Positions 36,671 through 45,128 of a stretch of 46,531 bases of DNA are shown piece after piece. Under the pieces are notes generated by a model. That model did not search any database. It saw only the letters and a list, made by a program, of their open reading frames with translations, and was not told the origin of the DNA. Every line of letters begins with the position of its first letter. Positions within the stretch are counted from its first letter, which is position 1. The position numbers were made by a program, and so were the translations under genes. The stretch comes from Candidatus Zixiibacteriota bacterium (GTDB taxonomy: Bacteria; Zixibacteria; MSB-5A5; GN15; PGXB01): NCBI GenBank assembly GCA_041306185.1, contig JBFZFV010000060.1:1-46531 (forward strand). The letters are read 5' to 3'.

Positions 36671-36728
36671 GCGTCGGGTCACAATTTCGGATTCGATATT
36701 GCCCAACTCCGAAATCAAGACCCGACGC
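36671..36728 (+). repeat. Intergenic hairpin element, copy B of the GCGTC(R)GG family, with a nested inner hairpin.
   Basis: GCGTCGGGTC ...(AATTTCGGA...TCCGAAAT)... GACCCGACGC. Relative to copy A it carries a compensatory A-T to G-C change at the sixth stem pair. Confidence 0.6.
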
Positions 36729-36741
36729 AACTGAAAAGCAT

Positions 36742-36778
36742 GCGGTCAGGTCGCTTCCGGGTCTGACCGCCTTTTTTA
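36742..36778. terminator. Bidirectional rho-independent terminator between convergent genes.
   Basis: GCGGTCAG-gtcgcttccggg-CTGACCGC followed by cttttttatt. A-rich on the other side. Confidence 0.75.
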
Positions 36779-37696
36779 TTATTTTTCTTTCAATGCCGAT
36801 ACAATCAGGTTTTCCAGGTCCTGTTCCGAAGCGGGATAGGGCTTGACGGTCAGGATTTCTTTCGGCGTGATTTCAATCAGCCGCTCGGCGGCCTCGCTTT
36901 CGAGGGCGTCGTTGTTCAGCACCAGCAGGGTTGGAGTCCTCAGGGGCACCAGATCGTCGGCGGAAGTCCGGTCGTACGGAAAGTTGGAAATTTTCTTGAA
37001 CCACCAGTAATAGATGCCGTTGGCAAAAGGTATTTCGAACACATCCGTTTTTTCGATCCGGTCGGCCATCCAGCGTTTCCCCGTTAAAAACGGCGAAATA
37101 AGAATCGTGCGGTCGATGCGGCTTTCATCGAGAGACGCTTTCATGGCGGCGTCGGCGCCGACTCCGAACCCGACTGCGATCAAGGGATGAATTAAACCTT
37201 CGTGGATATTCAAATCGGCCACCAGGTCGACCAGGTCGTCGGCTTCGTATCTTCCGGCGGTATGCCAGATTCCGCCCGAAAGCCCGCAGGCCCGCTGGTC
37301 GTAAGCGACGACATTGAAGCCCTCAGCCAGAATCGCCTTTATATAAGGTAACAGGGAAGTTCGGTCGGTATCTCCGGCATGAACCAGGACCGCCAAACCC
37401 AGCGCGGAATCGAACGCCCCGCCGTCGACTTTGAAATAGAGCGTGGCGAGGTTGATGTTGTCGCGGCTGACCAGGGTTAATGTGTCCGGATTAAGTCCAT
37501 TTTCCACGAAAAACGAGGGATTGTTGGCGAGCACATATTCGGGATCCTCGAATTCTTCTTTCTCAGGGCGGGCCATCAGGTCCGGGACATTGACCAGAGG
37601 GGCGATGATATAAAAGATAATAAATAGTATAACGAGGACCAGGACCGTTACGGTCTGGACGATTTCCTTGGTTTTTTTGCTCATTAATTTGGCCAT
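36779..37696 (-). CDS. Membrane-anchored alpha/beta-hydrolase-fold protein with Gly at the nucleophile position (possible pseudo-enzyme).
   Basis: N-terminal TM and alpha/beta-hydrolase topology. The nucleophile-elbow position reads AVGFGVGADAAM (GxGxG rather than GxSxG). Confidence 0.7.
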   Translation of the reverse strand: MAKLMSKKTKEIVQTVTVLVLVILFIIFYIIAPLVNVPDLMARPEKEEFEDPEYVLANNPSFFVENGLNPDTLTLVSRDNINLATLYFKVDGGAFDSALGLAVLVHAGDTDRTSLLPYIKAILAEGFNVVAYDQRACGLSGGIWHTAGRYEADDLVDLVADLNIHEGLIHPLIAVGFGVGADAAMKASLDESRIDRTILISPFLTGKRWMADRIEKTDVFEIPFANGIYYWWFKKISNFPYDRTSADDLVPLRTPTLLVLNNDALESEAAERLIEITPKEILTVKPYPASEQDLENLIVSALKEK

Positions 37697-37947
37697 TTTC
37701 GCAAGTATCCCTTATGTGGAGTTAGGAGTTGGGTCAAAAATATAACGGGTCACGGCTTAAACCAAGCTTAAACTCGCGGCATTAGGGAGAAAATCTTGAC
37801 CAAAATGTATCAGGGTGATTTTTAATAAGTTACATAAAAATTCCGAAAAATGATTGCCGGGCGGGTCAAGAAATGGCTTAAATGAGCCAAAAGCCGCTAT
37901 TTTAGCGGTCTGCTTAATTTTTTGGCAGATTTAGGGAACTTTTTCTA

Positions 37948-37976
37948 TTGACAGGCAGTGACTTTGGGCTTATATT
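37948..37976 (+). promoter_or_regulatory. Sigma70-like promoter: TTGACA, 17-nt spacer, TATATT.
   Basis: ttgaca-ggcagtgactttgggct-tatatt. It would give an approx. 340-nt leader for the 38325 gene. The host may use a different consensus. Confidence 0.4.
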
Positions 37977-38324
37977 CCATTCGCGTAATGAATAAGTGTA
38001 AAGTCCGCAGAAAAACCTTGTTAACGTAATAAGGTGATATTGGTCTTCAAATATCTCTAAAGTACAAAAGTTTAAGTAACTTTAGACTACTCCATTCAAT
38101 TGGTGGCGGGGGGACCGCCAGAAAATTGGAACCTACGAGTTGCAGGTCTGTTTGATTGTGACCGGCTGAACTAAATGGTAATAATACCGATAACATTCAG
38201 TAATAACAATTTAGCTTCCACAGATTTGCGGATTTTTGGGAATTTTTCCAAAGGACGAGGAATAAGAGCTTAATTCGCTAAGGGATTACTTTGGGACCAA
38301 AAAACCTAATTTAGGGAGGATGGA

Positions 38325-39593
38325 ATGCTCGCATTACATCTCAAAAAAGCAAGGTTGCTCAGCTTTAGCGGATTGCTGACGATACTGATTGTTCTGGCCA
38401 TTTCGACCCCGGCCCAATCCGTGGATTTAATTGTCGATATCCGAGACACCACCGGCACCGCCGGCGAAATCGGCTCGGCAGTATCTGTTTACATGGATAA
38501 TTTCAATCAGGAGATTGCGGCCTACACATTGTGGATTGTGTTGAGTAATCCCCATATCCTGAAATTCAATACCGTCTTGGATACGCTCGAGTACGAGCAT
38601 TTCTACTCCTACACTGAATTCGATCCCCTCAATCCCGACAGCGCCATCGATTCGGTCGAGGCTTCTTTATACTGGGTCTGTCAGGACTGGGAGGGGCAAA
38701 CCTGCACCGATTCCATTCAGATGCTCGGATATTATCATTGCAACAACTACGCCATCCCCGGAGATATTACCAGCTGTACCGACTCCACTTTTATCGACGG
38801 CTATGACGTCTTTTATCTTGAGGAACGGGCGGCCTACCGAGGCACCTTCGATACTACCGGAACTTTGACTTCGGGTTGGGAGCGGGTGGAAACCAGGTCG
38901 GTCGGTGTGGCCGGGACCGAAGGTTTCAATATGGTGATTTCCGCTCTGGCCAATGAAGCCGCGCCCCCCTATACTCCCGGAATCCCAATTCAATCCGGCT
39001 CTGATACTCCATTGATAAGAATCAAAGGGGATGTTTTCGACATCGCCCCCGACGATACCAACCGCACCGTCAATATTACTATAGCATTAGGCACCCTTGA
39101 TTATTTCGGATTCTCCGATGAAGCGGGGAATTCCATCGGGATCGTCACCGACACGGTTATCGACACATTCTATTATGAATGTTACGATTGGGTCCCGCCG
39201 GTTCCTCCGCTCACCGATTCCACCTGCGGATGGTGGGAGCGCGTTCAGGAAGAGCCCGAAGGGGGCGCCGACAGCATGAGGATCGTTTATAAGCCGGTGG
39301 GGCACCTCGATACCAATCTGGTGAAGGTTTATAGCGGGATATTTACCGTACTGGCCGGCGTTTGCGGCGATGTCAGCGGTCCCCAGTCGGGGGTCCCGGA
39401 CGATAATGTCAATATTCTGGATATCATCTTTTTGGTGAATTATAAATTTAAGGGAGGGGCGGCGCCGATATATTTGGCGATGGGGGACACCAATTGCGAT
39501 ATTTCGGTCAACATCCTCGATATCGTCAGGATGGTGAACTTTAAATTCAAGAACGGCCCGGATTTAATTTGTTGTCCGGCCTTGTGGCCGTGA
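38325..39593 (+). CDS. Secreted protein with an N-terminal cohesin-like beta-sandwich and a C-terminal type-I dockerin pair. No T9SS CTD.
   Basis: GGGAGGA RBS and signal peptide. The N-terminus VDLIVDIRDTTGTAGEIGSAVSVYMDNFNQEIAAYTLWIVLSNP resembles the start of a cohesin. The C-terminus (39363-39590) is DDNVNILDIIFLVNYKFKGG + NCDISVNILDIVRMVNFKFKNG, the same dockerin class as the LamG protein. Confidence 0.8.
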   Translation: MLALHLKKARLLSFSGLLTILIVLAISTPAQSVDLIVDIRDTTGTAGEIGSAVSVYMDNFNQEIAAYTLWIVLSNPHILKFNTVLDTLEYEHFYSYTEFDPLNPDSAIDSVEASLYWVCQDWEGQTCTDSIQMLGYYHCNNYAIPGDITSCTDSTFIDGYDVFYLEERAAYRGTFDTTGTLTSGWERVETRSVGVAGTEGFNMVISALANEAAPPYTPGIPIQSGSDTPLIRIKGDVFDIAPDDTNRTVNITIALGTLDYFGFSDEAGNSIGIVTDTVIDTFYYECYDWVPPVPPLTDSTCGWWERVQEEPEGGADSMRIVYKPVGHLDTNLVKVYSGIFTVLAGVCGDVSGPQSGVPDDNVNILDIIFLVNYKFKGGAAPIYLAMGDTNCDISVNILDIVRMVNFKFKNGPDLICCPALWP

Positions 39594-39940
39594 TTGCCGG
39601 ATTTTAACATCCGGCTCGCACGGGCCTAACAAAAATGTGCTTTAGTGGGTAAGTAAGTGAGTATGCAATCAATAATCGCAATTAAAGTTAACCTTTAACT
39701 GACAATGAGAGAAAGGAGGTGGCACTTAAAAGAGGTAATTTCTTTATAACACGCGCTCAAGAGAAAGAAACCTGTTGTACTAACCTTTGTTTCTTCATGA
39801 AATTGCCCGATTTCTGATTGGCTTGTGGCTCTCGCTGATTGGAACTCTAAAAGGTGATTTCGAACCCTGAGGGGGAAAAGACTCGAGTTTCGAGTTTAAA
39901 ATCGAATGTTAATGTTAACGAATCAAAATAGGAGCACACG

Positions 39941-42559
39941 ATGAAACGGCTTACTTTATTATTTGCCTTATCGTTTGTCCTTCTTTCTTTTGGGCTTTCT
40001 AATGCAGTTGAATGGGATACCTACATTGCACCCAGCAATTTCTGGGATAATGGCGGAACTCCGACACTCCAGGGCAATGCTTCCATCGTCGCTGAAATCC
40101 GCGGCGGTAACGTCCAGGATCCGCTCGGTCTGTCCGGCTTTAACTTCAATTGCATGATCTATGGCACCGGCGACCTTACCAGCGTAACCCTTACGGGTGA
40201 TTATGGTTTGGAAGATAACGAGGCCTTCACTCCGATCATTGGTCTCGAAGAAGACTGGAGCGTCTTTACCTGGGGCTTCACTTTCTACTACGAAGATGGC
40301 TTTGATGGCGTCCTTCCCGATACCTTCGCTCATTCCGTAGTATCGGCTGGAGCCGTGGGTTGGGATGAAACGGCAATTACTACGAAGTATTTGATCCACA
40401 TGACTCTCCCGTTCGCCGATGAAACCCCGGCTGGTGAGCTTTGCTTCACCAATGTTGTCGGCCATCCGAATGGTGACCACGACTGGCTGTTCCCGGAAAC
40501 TGCCACCTTTGCTTCGATTTGCTATCCGGTTGCGGTTTCTCCGGATCTTCCTCCGGTAGTTGATTGCGACGCTCTGCCGCCTCAAATGACGACTCAGCAT
40601 CATGTTGCTTTCAATTTGGCCGGAATCCCGGTTTCTGACCCGGATGGACAGCAGGTTACTTCTGTTACTGCTACCAAGGGTACTGTAACCTATACTGCAG
40701 GTGCCCCGACCTTCAGCTGGACCTATGATCCTCCGTGCTCGGAAGTCGGTCAGTCTGTATCGGTCGTATTCCAGGCTCATAATGCTCTTGACGGCCCGAC
40801 CTGCACCGTTGACCTGGTTGTCAACAACACCGCTCCGGAGATTGCCGGCGACTGCGGCGAAACCATGACTGTCGGCACCACTTCCGGTGGTACCGCTCAG
40901 TTTACGGCCACCGATGATAACAGCGGCGACACCAAAGACTGGTCGATTACCGATTTTGGAGGCCATCCTGGCCCTATTACCGTTGATCCGACTGGTTTGG
41001 TTAACTTTGCCGCTGCCGCCGAAGGCGATTATGTTGTCGAAGTTACCGTGACCGATTGCGCTGGTGACACTGATGCTTGCACCTTCACCATTCACTCGGT
41101 TGGCGAACTTCCCTTCGTGATTGCGATTGAGAAGGAAGAAGGCCCGGAAGGCCTTGGCGCCTATCAGGGTATGCACACCCAGGTTGACGTTGTGAAGGTT
41201 TCCGGTACCGAAGAAATCATGGGCTTTGATTTCCTCATTGCCTATGATGCTACCGCTCTGGCCTTCACCGGCGCTATCGCCGGCCCGATGTTCTCCATGG
41301 CCGAGCCGTGGGAATATTTTACCTTCAGCTATGGTCCTAACGGTTATTGCGGCGCTGGCTGCCCGACCGGTATGATCCAGGTTGTCGGTATTGCCGACCA
41401 GAACAATGGCCCGGCTCATCCGTCAACGTTCTTCGTTCCTGATGACACGGTCCTGTTCAGCCTCGACTTCCTGGTTTCCAGCGATTACACTCTGGAATGC
41501 CAGTATATCCCGGTTCAGTTCTTCTACATGGATTGCGGCGACAACTCGCTCGCTTTCCACAAGCAGGTTTGGGTTGATTACGATGTTCGCCAGGCGATTG
41601 CCACCGATGTCCGCGGTTACGACGGTACTGCGGATGGCTATCTGATTCCGCCGACCTTCGAATTCCCGACCTTCGCGATCGACACTTCGGTCTGTATCAA
41701 CGAACTGGAAGAGAATTTGAAGAAGTGGCCTGTTCCTTTCATCACGCTGTTCAACGGCGGCGTTGATATCATCTGCGTAGAAGATATCGACGATCGCGGT
41801 GACGTCAACCTCAACGGCGTTTCTTACGAAATTGCCGACGCGGTTGTCTTCACGAACTACTTCCTGTATGGAATGGCTGCCTTCACGATCAACCCGGCCG
41901 GTCAGAAAGCTGCCACCGACGTCAACGCCGACGGTGTCATCCTTTCGGTTGCCGACCTTGTTTACTTGATTCGTGTAGTCGTTGGCGATGCTCTGCCGCA
42001 TCCGAAGATCAACCCGGTTGCCACCCCGGCTCAGATTGCTCAGAACGGCGACGTTCTCAGTGTTGATGCCGAGCTCGGCGCTGCGGCCTTCGTGGTCGAA
42101 GGAGAAGTCCTTGGTTTGGCTTCCGGTTCGCAGGGTATGGAACTGAAGACCACCGTTCGTGACGGTCTCACCTATGGTGTCATCTACAGCTTCGACAAGA
42201 ACGCGACCTTCAGCGGCGAATTCCTGAACATCAACGGCCGTCTGGCCTCGATCGAAGGCGCCAACTATGAAGGCGCTCCGATGAAGTTCGTCGCTCTGCC
42301 GACTGCTTTCTCGGTTAAGAACTATCCGAACCCGTTCAACCCGACCACCACTATCGAAATGGCTCTCCCGGTTGCCTCCAACTGGACCCTTTCGGTCTAC
42401 AACGTGGCCGGCCAGAAGGTTAAGGATTTCAACGGTTACAGCGAAGCCGGTACTGTCAAGGTCGTCTTTGATGCTACCAGCTATGCTTCCGGTATTTACT
42501 TCTATAAGTTCCAGGCTGATCAGACTGAGATCACCAAGAAAATGGTCCTTATTAAGTAA
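39941..42559 (+). CDS. Scaffoldin-like surface protein: signal peptide, Ig/cadherin-like domains, cohesin-like domain, dockerin-like repeat pair, T9SS CTD. Candidate abundantly expressed surface-layer component.
   Basis: AGGAG RBS and SP MKRLTLLFALSFVLLSFGLSNA. Cohesin-like segment at about 41099-41557 (...EIMGFDFLIAYDATALAFTGAIAG...IQVVGIADQNNG...VLFSLDFLV...IPVQFFYMDCGDN). Dockerin-like GDVNLNGVSYEIADAVVFTNYF + TDVNADGVILSVADLVYLIRVV. CTD at 42308-42556 (KNYPNPFNPTTTIEMALP...SGIYFYKF...KKMVLIK). Codon usage is distinct (GGT/GGC, GCT/GCC, CTT third positions). Strong terminator immediately downstream. Confidence 0.85.
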   Translation: MKRLTLLFALSFVLLSFGLSNAVEWDTYIAPSNFWDNGGTPTLQGNASIVAEIRGGNVQDPLGLSGFNFNCMIYGTGDLTSVTLTGDYGLEDNEAFTPIIGLEEDWSVFTWGFTFYYEDGFDGVLPDTFAHSVVSAGAVGWDETAITTKYLIHMTLPFADETPAGELCFTNVVGHPNGDHDWLFPETATFASICYPVAVSPDLPPVVDCDALPPQMTTQHHVAFNLAGIPVSDPDGQQVTSVTATKGTVTYTAGAPTFSWTYDPPCSEVGQSVSVVFQAHNALDGPTCTVDLVVNNTAPEIAGDCGETMTVGTTSGGTAQFTATDDNSGDTKDWSITDFGGHPGPITVDPTGLVNFAAAAEGDYVVEVTVTDCAGDTDACTFTIHSVGELPFVIAIEKEEGPEGLGAYQGMHTQVDVVKVSGTEEIMGFDFLIAYDATALAFTGAIAGPMFSMAEPWEYFTFSYGPNGYCGAGCPTGMIQVVGIADQNNGPAHPSTFFVPDDTVLFSLDFLVSSDYTLECQYIPVQFFYMDCGDNSLAFHKQVWVDYDVRQAIATDVRGYDGTADGYLIPPTFEFPTFAIDTSVCINELEENLKKWPVPFITLFNGGVDIICVEDIDDRGDVNLNGVSYEIADAVVFTNYFLYGMAAFTINPAGQKAATDVNADGVILSVADLVYLIRVVVGDALPHPKINPVATPAQIAQNGDVLSVDAELGAAAFVVEGEVLGLASGSQGMELKTTVRDGLTYGVIYSFDKNATFSGEFLNINGRLASIEGANYEGAPMKFVALPTAFSVKNYPNPFNPTTTIEMALPVASNWTLSVYNVAGQKVKDFNGYSEAGTVKVVFDATSYASGIYFYKFQADQTEITKKMVLIK
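42308..42556 (+). other. T9SS type-A C-terminal sorting domain of scaffoldin-like protein 1.
   Basis: Same motif architecture (KNYPNPFNPTTTI...SGIYFYKF...KKMVLIK). Confidence 0.8.
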
Positions 42560-42577
42560 GACCGCATAAACTACTGT

Positions 42578-42611
42578 GGGGAGGGGAGTCACCCTCCCCG
42601 CAGGTTTTTTT
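42578..42611 (+). terminator. Strong rho-independent terminator.
   Basis: GGGGAGGG-gagtca-CCCTCCCC followed by gcaggttttttt. Confidence 0.85.
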
Positions 42612-42681
42612 AAAGGAGTGCTAACGGCAGATTAGTTAACGAATAAAAGAATAGAGAGAATATAGCAGGAAAGATCGGATG

Positions 42682-42736
42682 GCCCTTAAGTCGAGTAGTT
42701 CAAAGGATCCCGCAAGGATTAGGGGCTTTTTTATTT
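42682..42736 (+). terminator. Orphan terminator-like hairpin plus U tract about 100 nt after the previous terminator. Possible 3' end of a small RNA.
   Basis: GCCCTTAA - 30-nt loop (with inner GATCC-cgcaa-GGATT stem) - TTAGGGGC, followed by ttttttatttt. Confidence 0.4.
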
Positions 42737-43077
42737 TAAGGCAGGGATTGCCAACATTGTACATACTTGCACTGCTTTGCAACTTTCTTGAAGAAAATTT
42801 GAGAAATATCACGAGTGACCTTATACCCTCACCTCTAATCAGAGAAATGTTAATCAAAGGTTGCTTATAAGGCCGTCGCTAAGGGACTGAAGAAAGAACT
42901 GTAATTTTGTAAGGTTTTGTCCGCCATACTATAAAGGACGCAGTTCGGTACCAAACGGCGCTGGAAACGGATTGGGCCTGTAAGTATAAGAGTGACCGGA
43001 GAATTGAAAAATATTTGGTCTGGTTATTGCTCGGTTAAGAGTTGATTTTCTGTCCGGGCTTTGAGGAGTAATAGGGT

Positions 43078-45069
43078 TTGCAAGAGCGAATTATCACAAA
43101 AACAGCGGCTTTTCTGGTTGTCCTGATGGCATTTTGGGGAGGAGCCGAGGTTTCGGCGGCCGGACACGCTCCGGAATTTCGGGCGATTTCGAATCCGACA
43201 ATTTACGAAGGAGAAACCTTGACGGTTGAACTTAGAGCCACCGATTCCGACAGCGAACCGCTTGTTATTAATATGGTTACACGGCCCTTAGGCGCGAGTC
43301 TCAACGACCACGGAAACGGCACCGCGACCTTTGTCTGGAACGCCGCTTTTGACGGTCCCAACAGCTCGCTTAGCTCTCCGTTCGAAGTGACTTTCCGGGT
43401 CAGCGACGGAAACCTGGCCGACCTTACGACGATGAAAATTACCGTTTTGAATAATAACCGCAAGCCGGTCATCGACCCCGTAGGTGAAATAGATTTCATG
43501 GCTGGCGATCTGGTTGCATTTAACATTTCCGGAGCCGATCCGGACAACGACCCGCTTTCCTGGCGGATTCTGGAAGGTCCTGAGGGACTTACACTTGACG
43601 GGACAGGCCGGGCCAGCCAGGTAACCTGGGATTCAGAATATGCCGATTCCGGCAGTTTTGCTGTTAAAATGGCACTTAGTGATATTTATGGCGCCTCGGA
43701 TACCGCCGATTTTGCGATAACTCTCGAAGGACAAACCGTTTACGCTCTTACGGTCGGCGAGGCTACCGGATACCCCACGGAAATGGTCGATGTCGATGTC
43801 TATCTCGACAACCTGGAACCTATTTCGGGACTGAATCTGCTGGTCCACTACGATGTTTCGGCCCTGATTCTCGGAGCGATTTCCGAAGCCGGGACCCGTA
43901 TCGAAGATTTCGAATATTTTACCTATTACCTCAATTACCTCAATCAGCCGGGACATATCAAAGTTATCGCGATTGCGGACAAGAACAATCCCTCGGTCAC
44001 CCTGGCTCCCGGGTCCGGTTCGATTCTGACAATGCGCTATGCCATCACCAGCGATTATAACTATTCGGGGTTTGCGATCCCGATCCAGTTTGCCTTCGAA
44101 GATATCTTCACGCTCAACGACAACACCCTGACCGACCCGAACGGAGCCAAAATTCCGCAGGAGGCGATCGTTTATGACAACGGTTCGGTCCTGATCAAAA
44201 TCGCGGACGTGAATTCCGTCGGCGATATCAATCTCAACGGAGTCAATTTCGAAATTTCCGATGTCGTGTACTATACCAATTTCTATATCTACCCGTCGGG
44301 TTATCCGCTCAATGCCGAGCAGCGGGCCAACGCCGACGTTAACCGGGACGGAGTCAGTCCTTCGATTGCGGACCTGGTTTACATGATTCACTATATCGTC
44401 AATCGCGGGACCACTTCCGCCAAGCCCCGTTATTTCGGGAATCCGGCGGCGGTCGCGGTGCAAAACCGGGACGGCGTTTTCAGTTTCGCTTACGAGAGCG
44501 GAGTCGAAATCGGCGGCCTGGCCGTGACGGTTGTTTCCGGCGATACGGAACTGGCCGAGCAGGACATCGTCAGCACCATGGAACAAAACGGCATGACGGT
44601 CAAGAAGAGCGTCGAAAACGGCACGGTGCGGCTGATCGCCTACAGCGACAGCGGGCGGCATCTTGACGGCGGCGTCAACGAATTTTTGAAAATCAAGAGT
44701 AATGCCAATATAAATTTAGTCGACTTTCAGCTATCCACGATCGAGGGGGCGCTGATCCCGGTAACGCTCAAGGACGAGGGTATACTTCCGGAAGGATTCC
44801 GGCTTTATCAGAATTATCCCAATCCCTTCAATCCCGTTACCGAGATTCGCTTCGTAGTCCCCGTCGATTCGAAAGTGGAACTGACGGTATTCAATGTCCT
44901 GGGGCAACAGATACGCTCGCTTGCTTCGGGACGGCTTCCGGCCGGAAGTCATACCGTCACCTGGGACGGGACGGACGACGAGGGGACCCCGGTTTCGAGC
45001 GGCATATATTTCTACCGGTTATCGGCCGGAGAATATCAGGACAGGAAAAAAATGGTTCTCCTTAAGTGA
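43078..45069 (+). CDS. Paralogous scaffoldin-like surface protein: Ig/cadherin-like domains, cohesin-like domain, dockerin-like pair, T9SS CTD.
   Basis: TTG start with GAGGAG RBS; SP MQERIITKTAAFLVVLMAFWGGAEVSAA. Cohesin-like segment (TVYALTVGEATGYPTEMVDVDVYLDNLEPISGLNLLVHYDVSALILGAI...IKVIAIADKNNP...ILTMRYAI...IPIQFAFED). Dockerin-like GDINLNGVNFEISDVVYYTNFY + ADVNRDGVSPSIADLVYMIHYIV. CTD at 44797-45066 (QNYPNPFNPVTEIRF...SGIYFYRL...KKMVLLK). Confidence 0.85.
   Translation: MQERIITKTAAFLVVLMAFWGGAEVSAAGHAPEFRAISNPTIYEGETLTVELRATDSDSEPLVINMVTRPLGASLNDHGNGTATFVWNAAFDGPNSSLSSPFEVTFRVSDGNLADLTTMKITVLNNNRKPVIDPVGEIDFMAGDLVAFNISGADPDNDPLSWRILEGPEGLTLDGTGRASQVTWDSEYADSGSFAVKMALSDIYGASDTADFAITLEGQTVYALTVGEATGYPTEMVDVDVYLDNLEPISGLNLLVHYDVSALILGAISEAGTRIEDFEYFTYYLNYLNQPGHIKVIAIADKNNPSVTLAPGSGSILTMRYAITSDYNYSGFAIPIQFAFEDIFTLNDNTLTDPNGAKIPQEAIVYDNGSVLIKIADVNSVGDINLNGVNFEISDVVYYTNFYIYPSGYPLNAEQRANADVNRDGVSPSIADLVYMIHYIVNRGTTSAKPRYFGNPAAVAVQNRDGVFSFAYESGVEIGGLAVTVVSGDTELAEQDIVSTMEQNGMTVKKSVENGTVRLIAYSDSGRHLDGGVNEFLKIKSNANINLVDFQLSTIEGALIPVTLKDEGILPEGFRLYQNYPNPFNPVTEIRFVVPVDSKVELTVFNVLGQQIRSLASGRLPAGSHTVTWDGTDDEGTPVSSGIYFYRLSAGEYQDRKKMVLLK
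44797..45066 (+). other. T9SS type-A C-terminal sorting domain of scaffoldin-like protein 2.
   Basis: QNYPNPFNPVTEI...SGIYFYRL...RKKMVLLK. Confidence 0.8.
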
Positions 45070-45128
45070 GGTTTCAATATATGAATCGCGAAAAATATTT
45101 GAATAAGAATAAGCATTCGAGGTCGTTC

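Noticed and set aside
42636-42870. Two overlapping small ORFs on opposite strands in the 518-bp spacer.
   Set aside because: Low-complexity products, no RBS, and they span the terminator-like hairpin. The region is more plausibly non-coding (leader or sRNA).
29551-45066. Recurring about 250-nt segments at gene 3' ends (NYPNPFNP...KMVLxK) and repeated dockerin segments could be mistaken for a dispersed DNA repeat or mobile-element ends.
   Set aside because: They are in-frame protein domains (T9SS CTD, dockerin) with conservation at the amino-acid rather than nucleotide level. No transposase or integrase gene, terminal inverted repeats or target-site duplications were seen anywhere in the window.
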